Source: Actinomycetota bacterium | GTDB taxonomy: Bacteria; Actinomycetota; Thermoleophilia; Gaiellales; Gaiellaceae | Length of the DNA: 64,000 bases | Direction of reading: 5' to 3' | NCBI GenBank assembly: GCA_046724565.1 | Contig: JBKOWS010000055.1 | Coordinates: forward strand, 34,051 to 98,050 | Part shown: positions 52,073 to 59,013 of the stretch, one piece after another | How the letters are laid out: every line of letters starts with the position of its first letter | Position numbering within the stretch: position 1 is the stretch's first letter | Position numbers and translations under genes: made by a program | The notes under the pieces: model-generated | What the model saw: the letters and a program-made list of their open reading frames with translations, nothing else | Told to the model about the DNA's origin: nothing | Databases searched by the model: none

Positions 52073-53098
52073 GTGGCAGAGGAGTACCTTCTCGCAGTCG
52101 CGGGGCGCGAGATCACCGTCTCGAGCCCGCACAAGCTCTTCTTCTCGGAGCGCGGGGAGACGAAGCTGGACCTGGTGCGGTATTACCTCGCCGTCGCGGA
52201 GCCGCTCATGCACACTGCGGGCGAGCGGCCCACCCTCATGCAGCGGTTCCCTCACGGTGCCGAGGGCAACTCGTTCTTCCAGAAGCGTGTCCCTGACACC
52301 GCACCCGAGTGGCTACAGACGACGATCGTCACCACGCCGAACGGAACCACCTCCCGTGCGCTTGTCCTCGCCGACCTGGCCCACGTGATCTGGGCCGTAA
52401 ACCTGGCCTGCCTCGGCTTTCATCTCTGGCCGTACACTCGTGATCGCGCCGAGGTCGCGGACGAGCTTCGCCTCGACCTCGATCCGCAGCCCGGCATCGA
52501 GTTCGACGACGTGCGGACGGCCGCAGCTGAACTTCGCCGTCTGCTCGACGAGCTCGGGATGGTCGGCTACCCGAAGACCACCGGAAACCGTGGCCTCCAT
52601 GTCTACGTCCGGCTGGAACCGCGTTGGGACTCGTATCAGGTGCGAGCAGCAGCGGTCGCCGCCGCGCGCGAGCTGGAACGCCGCCGACCCGAGCTGATCA
52701 CCTCCGCCTGGTGGAAGGAGGAGCGTGGCGCACGAGTCTTCGTCGACTACAACCAGAACGCTCCGCACAAGACCGTCTTCGGCGCATGGTCGGTGCGCGC
52801 CCGTCCCGGTGCTCAGGTATCGGCGCCCCTGACCTGGGAAGAGGTCGACGCGCTTCACCCCGACGAGCTGACGATCGCGAGCGTGCCCGAGAGGCTGTCG
52901 ACGAAGGGTGATCCGTGGGAGGGGGTGAACGAGCAGCCGCAGTCGCTCGAGCCGCTGCTCGAGCTTCACGAGCGCGACCGGGCCGCCGGTCTTATGGACG
53001 CACCCTGGCCGCCCGTCTATCCGAAACAGCCGGACGAGCCGCCGCGTGTCGCTCCAAGCCGCGCTCGCAAGGACTCGGGTAAGGCGTCCGGGGGCTGA
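52073..53098 (+). CDS. Stand-alone LigD-type polymerase/primase (AEP, NHEJ PolDom) protein
   Basis: ITVSSPHKLFFSERGETKLDLVRYYLAV...FFQKRVP...WAVNLACLGFHLWP...LRLDLDP...GYPKTTGNRGLHVYVRL...VFVDYNQN. Confidence 0.85.
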   Translation: MAEEYLLAVAGREITVSSPHKLFFSERGETKLDLVRYYLAVAEPLMHTAGERPTLMQRFPHGAEGNSFFQKRVPDTAPEWLQTTIVTTPNGTTSRALVLADLAHVIWAVNLACLGFHLWPYTRDRAEVADELRLDLDPQPGIEFDDVRTAAAELRRLLDELGMVGYPKTTGNRGLHVYVRLEPRWDSYQVRAAAVAAARELERRRPELITSAWWKEERGARVFVDYNQNAPHKTVFGAWSVRARPGAQVSAPLTWEEVDALHPDELTIASVPERLSTKGDPWEGVNEQPQSLEPLLELHERDRAAGLMDAPWPPVYPKQPDEPPRVAPSRARKDSGKASGG

Positions 53099-53101
53099 CC
53101 G

Positions 53102-53605
53102 ATGCAGACGCTCTATCTGCTGCGGCACGCGAAGTCCAGCTGGGACGACCCTACGCTGCCAGACCACGAGCGGCCGCTGGCGCCACGCGGCCGCCGCGAC
53201 GCCAAGCGGATCGCGAAACATCTTCGTCGCCTCGGCCACGAGCCCGAGCTCATCCTTTGCTCCTCCGCAGCGCGTACTCGCGAAACGCTCGAGCTCCTGC
53301 GACCGGCGGTGGGTGCTTCGGAGGTCATCGTCGAGGAGGACCTGTACGGCGCATCGTCCGACGAACTGCTCGCCCGAATACGCCTCGTGCCCGACTCGGT
53401 CGCGTCGGTGATGCTGATCGGACACAACCCGGGCCTCGAGCAGCTTGCCCTTGCCCTGGCCTCGGCCGGCGACGAGTTGGAGCAGCTCGCGGCCAAGTTT
53501 CCGACGGCTGCACTCGCAACGCTCGCCGTCGCGAACAGCTGGAGTCGGCTGGCGCCAGGCGACGCAACGCTCGAGGCGTACGTCGTTCCAAAGCAACTTC
53601 GCTGA
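53102..53605 (+). CDS. Histidine-phosphatase-superfamily protein (SixA-like)
   Basis: LYLLRHAKSSW...RPLAPRGRRDA...LCSSAARTRET...LIGHNPG. Starts 3 nt after the LigD-Pol stop. Confidence 0.8.
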   Translation: MQTLYLLRHAKSSWDDPTLPDHERPLAPRGRRDAKRIAKHLRRLGHEPELILCSSAARTRETLELLRPAVGASEVIVEEDLYGASSDELLARIRLVPDSVASVMLIGHNPGLEQLALALASAGDELEQLAAKFPTAALATLAVANSWSRLAPGDATLEAYVVPKQLR

Positions 53606-53609
53606 GCCG

Positions 53610-54254
53610 TCAGCTGCGGAGGTACGTCAGGACCGCGTGCACACGCTTGTTGTCCGCGGCCGTCTCGGGTAGTTGGAGCTTGGAAAAGATGTGGCGGATG
53701 TGCGTCTCGACGGTCTTTGGCGTCACGAACAGACGCTCTCCGATGCCCCGGTCTGTGAGTCCTTCGGCCATGAGCGCGAGGACTTCGTGCTCTCGGCGTG
53801 TGAGCTCATCCAGGGGCGAATCGGGACGCGAGCGGCCGACGAGTCGCGCGACGAGCTCCGGATCGATGACGACTCCCCCCTCGCCGATGCGACGGACGGC
53901 CTCGGCCAGCTGACCGGCGTCGAGGACACGGTCCTTCAACAGGTAACCGCACCGGTCCTCACCTCCCTCGAGCAGTTGGAGTGCGTACTCCGTGTCTGTG
54001 TATTGAGAGAGGACGAGGACGCCGACGCCGGGCCAGCGCCGGCGGATCGTCTTGGCCGCGACGAGGCCTTCGTCCGTGTGCGTCGGCGGCATGCGAATGT
54101 CGACGACTGCGACGTCCGCGGGCTCCTCCTCCAGGGTTTTCAAGAGCTCCTCCGCGGACCCGACCTTTGCTGCGATCTCGAAGTCCTCGTCTGTGAGCAA
54201 GCGCCCGATGCCTTCTCGAAGCAGGACCGAGTCGTCGGCGATTACGACGCGCAT
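53610..54254 (-). CDS. NarL/FixJ-family response regulator (REC + LuxR HTH)
   Basis: MRVVIADDSVLLREG...VVDIRMPP...LTRREHEVLALMAEGLTDRGIGERLFVTPKTVETHIRHIFSKL. Only the last 215 codons of ORF 53610..55541 are credible. Confidence 0.9.
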   Translation of the reverse strand: MRVVIADDSVLLREGIGRLLTDEDFEIAAKVGSAEELLKTLEEEPADVAVVDIRMPPTHTDEGLVAAKTIRRRWPGVGVLVLSQYTDTEYALQLLEGGEDRCGYLLKDRVLDAGQLAEAVRRIGEGGVVIDPELVARLVGRSRPDSPLDELTRREHEVLALMAEGLTDRGIGERLFVTPKTVETHIRHIFSKLQLPETAADNKRVHAVLTYLRS

Positions 54255-56002
54255 GGAATCTCGGCGTGGATGTGCGTCCCGCCGCCGAGAGGGCTCGCGA
54301 CTCGAAGGGTGCCGTCGAGCGCCTGGACGCGGTCGGAGAGCCCGCGCAGCCCGGTTCCGTCCGCTGGATCCGCGCCGCCGACGCCGTTGTCGTCGATGTC
54401 GATGACGGCGTTTCCAGCGCGTCGCGTGATGCTGACGCGGACGCTCGAGGCACGGGCGTACTTCGTGCAGTTCGCGAGTGACTCGGAGACGAGGAAGTAC
54501 GCGGCCGCTTCGATCGACTCCCCGAGCCGCTCCTCGGGTAAGGCGGCGATCGTCACCGGAGCCTTCGAGCGCTCGGCCAACGATCTCAAGGCTGCGGGGA
54601 GACCTTGGTCGGTGAGAATTGCAGGGTGGATGCCGTGCGCGAGCTCTCGGAGTTCGTCGAGCGCAGCGCGAAGCTCGCCCTCCGCCTCGGAGAGGAGCTC
54701 GACCGCACCGTTCGTCTCCGGCCCGAGTTGTGCGCGTACAAGCTGGAGCGCGAGCCCCATACTGAGCAGACGCTGTTGCGCGCCGTCGTGAAGGTTTCGC
54801 TCGAGACGCCGACGCTCTTCGTCGCCGGCCCGCACGATTCGCGTCCGCGAAGCGCGGAGCTCGACCAGCTGTGCCCGGAGCTCCGCCTGCAATCGCTCGT
54901 TTTCGAGCGCGAGCCGTGCCGCCGCGCCCGCGGCTTCGAGCAGGCCTCGTCGCTCGAGGAGGGCCGGGTCGTGCAAGAGCGCCGCGACCGGCGAGTGCGC
55001 TGGTCCGAGCACCGTCACGGCACGGTCCGGCCTGGACGGCGGCAAGTTGAGCGTTTGTCCCTGGCTGTCGACGTACGACTTCCGCTCGGGCAGCCACAGC
55101 GCGAGCTCGAGCGACGGGTCGCCGAGCGTCCGCGCCAACGCTTCTCGCACGCGCCCGGGCGGGGTTCGCTCGAGCTCGACGACCAGGTCGGCGACGGCCG
55201 ATCGCGCGCCGCGACCCAGAAGCAAGCCGAGTCCGAGAGACACGGGGATTGCAATCTCTGTGAGCTCGTTGATCCAGAACCACGTGGTGTCCGTCGAGGA
55301 GGTATCCGGCGTGCCGTTCAGCGCAATACGTGTAACGAACTGCGCTGCGGCGAAGAAGGCCACGATCGACAGCGGAAGGACGATCCGTCGACCGCCCGGA
55401 CTCGCGCGCACGAGCTTGCGGACGAGCAGCGCGAGGAAGATCAGCGCCAGAGGCAGCAGAAGCCAGTCGATGGCGTCCTTGAATCCGCTGATGTCGTACC
55501 ACGCGACATGCGTGACCGGCAGCGCGCATCCCGTAAAGCACTCGAGGAGATACCGGCTATGCGGATAGCGGGGGTCGAAGAAGAGAAGATAGGGAAGCGC
55601 GTAGAGCGCTGCGAGGACGTAAAGGAGCCCGACGAATAAACGGTCGAGGCGTGTCGCGAGCCGACCAGTCGGATACGAGAGGATCAGATGGCCGAACAGC
55701 GGCGCATAGAAATAGGACAACGCGAACCCGACGGTGACCGGAAACGCGTGGTTCCAGAAGATCCACTTCGCGTTTGAGAGGACGTCCACCAAGGGAAACG
55801 CCGTCAGGAGTAGCCCGGTGCGCGTCTCGGGGCGGCGCTGCCATACGAGCACACCGATCGTGAGCGCGACGAACGACAGGGTGAGATAGATGATCGCCCT
55901 GTGCTTGACGATCTCGGGCTGGTCGACGGGCCCGAGGGCCAGCGCCATCGCTGCGCACAGTGCCCCTCCCGTTGTCCAGATCAGAAGACGAATGATCTTC
56001 AT
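54242..56002 (-). CDS. Multi-TM sensor histidine kinase (HisKA_3 + HATPase_c)
   Basis: About 6-7 N-terminal TM helices. H-box ERRRLERNLHDGAQQRL. N/G boxes VSESLANCTKY and DDNGVGGADP...GLRGLSDR. Confidence 0.85.
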   Translation of the reverse strand: MKIIRLLIWTTGGALCAAMALALGPVDQPEIVKHRAIIYLTLSFVALTIGVLVWQRRPETRTGLLLTAFPLVDVLSNAKWIFWNHAFPVTVGFALSYFYAPLFGHLILSYPTGRLATRLDRLFVGLLYVLAALYALPYLLFFDPRYPHSRYLLECFTGCALPVTHVAWYDISGFKDAIDWLLLPLALIFLALLVRKLVRASPGGRRIVLPLSIVAFFAAAQFVTRIALNGTPDTSSTDTTWFWINELTEIAIPVSLGLGLLLGRGARSAVADLVVELERTPPGRVREALARTLGDPSLELALWLPERKSYVDSQGQTLNLPPSRPDRAVTVLGPAHSPVAALLHDPALLERRGLLEAAGAAARLALENERLQAELRAQLVELRASRTRIVRAGDEERRRLERNLHDGAQQRLLSMGLALQLVRAQLGPETNGAVELLSEAEGELRAALDELRELAHGIHPAILTDQGLPAALRSLAERSKAPVTIAALPEERLGESIEAAAYFLVSESLANCTKYARASSVRVSITRRAGNAVIDIDDNGVGGADPADGTGLRGLSDRVQALDGTLRVASPLGGGTHIHAEIPCAS

Positions 56003-56361
56003 GCCGCGTCGCTCACAAGTGCCGCGAGTGCTGCGACCGTCAGATCTCGCTTGGAGATGAATCCCTTGGCGTCCTCGGTGCGGACGAGCGAGCCGAGGTC
56101 CGAGGCGCTGCGGCTCGAGGTGAGGACGACCAGGGGTCGTTCGGGCTGGGCCGCGAGCTCTTTCGCGACTGCAAACCCGGTCATGTCGGGCAGGAGCACA
56201 TCCAGCAGGACGAGGTCGGGCCGGAGCGATTGGACGGCGGCGATGGCGGACGCTCCATCTTCGGCATCGCCGACGACGAGGTAGCCGGCGGACTCGAGCA
56301 GCTTCCGCGCCAACCGCCGGAAGCTCGGATGGTCGTCGACGATGAGCGCCGTCGTTGGCAC
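55999..56361 (-). CDS. Single-domain response regulator (REC only)
   Basis: ALIVDDHPSFR...PDLVLLDVLLPDMTG...VVLTSS...GFISK. ATGA overlap with the kinase start. Confidence 0.85.
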   Translation of the reverse strand: MPTTALIVDDHPSFRRLARKLLESAGYLVVGDAEDGASAIAAVQSLRPDLVLLDVLLPDMTGFAVAKELAAQPERPLVVLTSSRSASDLGSLVRTEDAKGFISKRDLTVAALAALVSDAA

Positions 56362-56402
56362 GACATCATCGTCCCACAGCTCAACCCGTTGATCGTCCTG
56401 GA

Positions 56403-56432
56403 TTTCCCTGAACTTCCGCGATCTCAGGGAAA
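56403..56432. promoter_or_regulatory. 9-12-9 perfect inverted repeat TTTCCCTGA-N12-TCAGGGAAA in the divergent intergenic region
   Basis: Read directly. It lies between the REC-only gene (start 56361) and the small ORF/CHD-REC gene. Confidence 0.35.
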
Positions 56433-56506
56433 GGACCGACGACGGCCCGTCTCCGGCTTCCTAGTGTCGCCTCGATATCTCGTAGTTGGAAGGAGGAGAG
56501 AGACCA

Positions 56507-56701
56507 ATGATCGGACACATCGCACTCTTCATCGCCGCGTTGGTCGCCGCTTCTGTGGCCGCTCTCGGCTTCCCGTCGCGCACCGAGTCCGAGACGTGCC
56601 CGGCCGCGGTTCAGACGTCCACGAACGTGTACGAGCATGGCATGGCAGTTGGCCATCGGAGCTTCGCGCACGCGAGCTCGACCGCGAGGAGGAGCTGTTG
56701 A
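56507..56701 (+). CDS. Possible 64-aa membrane-anchored protein coupled to the CHD-REC gene
   Basis: AGGAGGAG lies 8 nt upstream of the ATG. MIGHIALFIAALVAASVAALGF TM helix. Its TGA overlaps the TTG 56698 start of the next gene (TTGA). Confidence 0.4.
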   Translation: MIGHIALFIAALVAASVAALGFPSRTESETCPAAVQTSTNVYEHGMAVGHRSFAHASSTARRSC

Positions 56702-57762
56702 GCACGGTCGCGGAGCTACCAAGCGGCACCCTCACGTTCCTCTTTACGGACATAGAAGGGTCGACGCGGCTTCTCGCCCGGCTTGGCGATCGCTACGGCG
56801 AGGTGCTTTCCGACCATCAGCAGCTCCTGCGCGATGCCTTCGCCGGCGCCGGCGGACGCGAGATCGACACCCAGGGCGATGCCTTCCTTGCCGTCTTCCC
56901 GCGCGCGAAGGACGCGGTCAAAGCGGCACTCGCAGCCCAACGGTCGCTCGCAAGCCACTCGTGGCCGGCCGACGTGTGCGTACGAGTGCGAATGGGGCTC
57001 CACACGGGCGAGCCGGCTGCGACGCGCGATCGGTACATCGGACTGTCGTTACATCGCGCCGCGCGGATTTGCGCTGCCGGCCACGGCGGTCAGATCCTTC
57101 TGTCTCGGGCGACTCACGCGATCCTCGCCGACGACGTCCTCCCGGACATCACCTTCCAGGACCTCGGTCGGCATGGCCTGAAGGACCTCGATCACGGGGA
57201 GCGCATCTACCAGCTTCTCGTCCCCGACTTGCCGCGTCGTTTCCCGCCGCTGCGGACACTCGCCTCGGAGGCTCTCCCGCGTACCCAGCCCGCCACCCCT
57301 CCAGCCGCCAGAAAGCCCGGCGTGCGAGTCGTGGTCGCGGACGATTCCGTTCTTCTCCGGGAAGGCATCTCGCGCTTGCTGGCCGAGGTTGGCTTCGATG
57401 TGGTCACGAAGGCGGCAGATGCCGACGAGCTTCTGCGCCGCGTCGGAAGCACACAACCCGATGTCGTGCTCACCGACATCAAGATGCCGCCGTCCCACAT
57501 CGACGAGGGGATCGTCGCGGCACTGGAGATTCGCAGGCTGCACCCGACAGTGGGGGTACTCGTCCTGTCGCAGTACCTCGACACGGCCTACGCCCAGCGG
57601 CTGCTCGACGAATACCCGGAGCGGGTCGGCTATCTACTCAAGGATCGAGTCTGCGATGTGGCAGTCCTGGGTGATGCGATTCGGCGTGTCGCCGAGGGCG
57701 AGTGCGTCGTCGATCCAACGATCGCCACGCGGCTCATGGCTCACGCCCGAGCCCGAAGCTGA
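56698..57762 (+). CDS. Cyclase-homology domain fused to a C-terminal receiver domain (CHD-REC), no output HTH
   Basis: TTG start gives (M)STVAELPSGTLTFLFTDIEGSTRLL...IDTQGDAFLAVF...LHRAARICAAGHGGQILLS, a P-rich linker, then VRVVVADDSVLLREG...LTDIKMPP...YLLKD, ending just after the REC domain. Confidence 0.7.
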   Translation: MSTVAELPSGTLTFLFTDIEGSTRLLARLGDRYGEVLSDHQQLLRDAFAGAGGREIDTQGDAFLAVFPRAKDAVKAALAAQRSLASHSWPADVCVRVRMGLHTGEPAATRDRYIGLSLHRAARICAAGHGGQILLSRATHAILADDVLPDITFQDLGRHGLKDLDHGERIYQLLVPDLPRRFPPLRTLASEALPRTQPATPPAARKPGVRVVVADDSVLLREGISRLLAEVGFDVVTKAADADELLRRVGSTQPDVVLTDIKMPPSHIDEGIVAALEIRRLHPTVGVLVLSQYLDTAYAQRLLDEYPERVGYLLKDRVCDVAVLGDAIRRVAEGECVVDPTIATRLMAHARARS

Positions 57763-57910
57763 GCAACGGCTCCGATCCTGCCCAGATCCGATGGCGTGCA
57801 CACTTGAAGACCGCCAGGCGACCACGAGCCGTCGAGGTTCTACTGAACTGAGCAATAAGCAGGTCAGACGCTCTCTCCTCCGGCACTCCGAAGCGAATCG
57901 CGGGCGTCTC

Positions 57911-58156
57911 CTAATCCGCGGTCCAGGATTCCGCGACAAGGACGACCTGAAAACCGTCGGGGTCGACGAGCGTTACACCGTGTTGCTTCCAGTAAGGATT
58001 TGTCGGCTCGACAGAGAGCCCAACGAGGCGCTCCAGTATCTCGTCGACCGCGTCAGCGCTGCCAAGGTAAAGAACGAGCAGCGTCTCCGGATGTGGTGAT
58101 GGTGCGTTGTGCTGCCCGCCGCTCGTGAACTCGAGGTGGGCGTCGGAGCCCGGCAA
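57911..58156 (-). CDS. VOC/glyoxalase-family protein, C-terminal half only from the first usable start (possibly 5'-degraded)
   Basis: TTG 58156. VOC-like sequence (DRLTAVIRFYRDGLGLPEIGRFEDHDGYDGVFLE) continues upstream in frame to about 58260, but there is no ATG/GTG/TTG before the upstream stop. Confidence 0.5.
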   Translation of the reverse strand: MPGSDAHLEFTSGGQHNAPSPHPETLLVLYLGSADAVDEILERLVGLSVEPTNPYWKQHGVTLVDPDGFQVVLVAESWTAD

Positions 58157-58384
58157 TTCGAGGAAGACACCGTCATAGCCGTCGTGGTCCTCGAAGCGGC
58201 CGATCTCTGGCAGTCCGAGTCCGTCTCGGTAGAAGCGGATGACGGCCGTGAGTCGGTCCGTGTGTCGTGCGAATCGGATTTGTATTCCGGTCTACTCCTG
58301 GTCGACGTCCGAACGGCGAAGATGAGCCGGCTCGCCAGCCGAGCTAACTTGCACCATCTTCCTTGAGCCCTCGACGCCCGTAAA

Positions 58385-58419
58385 GAGGTCCCGCGAGGCG
58401 GCGCGCCGCGCGGGACCTC
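58385..58419 (-). terminator. GC-rich hairpin (11-bp stem GAGGTCCCGCG/CGCGGGACCTC) downstream of the RTX-like gene
   Basis: Begins 10 nt after the stop at 58429. On the minus strand it is followed by TTTA. Confidence 0.5.
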
Positions 58420-58428
58420 GACTTCCCT

Positions 58429-58929
58429 CTACCCGTTGTCGTCGTTGGCGACCGCTGTGGCGGCGGCCTCCTCGGGGCTGAGCCGGATGACCTGCTCGCA
58501 CCCGTGCAACCGCACCGGGTCGTGCACAACCACGTACGCGACGTCGTAGCCAGGCCCGCAGTCGATGATGTCGGGCTGGTTGTCGTTGGCCAACGCGTGG
58601 AGGATGTCGTTCCCCCTGCCGCCGTACTGGACGTCGGCTCCCGCACCGACCCACAGCACGTCGTTGCCCGCCCCGCCGTAGATGACGTCGTTGCCCGGAC
58701 CGCCGCGCGCGACGTCATTGCCACGCCCTGCGTACACGACGTCGTTGCCGTCATGCGCCCGGATGACGTCGTTGCCTCCCCTTGCATAGATGATGTCCGA
58801 GCCGGGCGTCCCGTTGAGATTGTCGGGACCGTCGGTGCCCCGGATGAGATCGAGGCTCGTCGCCGACGCCGTGGCGGCGAGCAAGAGCGCTGCCGCAACG
58901 GCCGAAACGATGAACTTGGCTTTCACCAT
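58429..58929 (-). CDS. Secreted calcium-binding protein with RTX-type nonapeptide repeats
   Basis: Signal peptide MVKAKFIVSAVAAALLLAATASA. About 8 tandem GGxGNDxxx units (RGGNDVIRA, HDGNDVVYA, GRGNDVARG, GPGNDVIYG, GAGNDVLWV...). Confidence 0.8.
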   Translation of the reverse strand: MVKAKFIVSAVAAALLLAATASATSLDLIRGTDGPDNLNGTPGSDIIYARGGNDVIRAHDGNDVVYAGRGNDVARGGPGNDVIYGGAGNDVLWVGAGADVQYGGRGNDILHALANDNQPDIIDCGPGYDVAYVVVHDPVRLHGCEQVIRLSPEEAAATAVANDDNG

Positions 58930-59013
58930 GAACCTCCGCGTCTCGAAGGTCGCTTGACCCGCTCGTTATCCCAATCGCGTATGGGGATCTCGTGAGCGCT
59001 CGGTAAACGCGCG

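Noticed and set aside
54255-55541. N-terminal extension of ORF 53610..55541 (643 aa)
   Set aside because: The extension is an Arg/Ala-rich alternative frame of the histidine kinase gene. The response regulator clearly starts at ATG 54254 (MRVVIADD).
58560-58800. Tandem imperfect 27-bp periodicity; considered as a noncoding tandem repeat or CRISPR-like array
   Set aside because: The periodicity is the DNA image of the GGxGNDxxx nonapeptide repeats inside the RTX-like CDS. There are no spacers and no cas genes.
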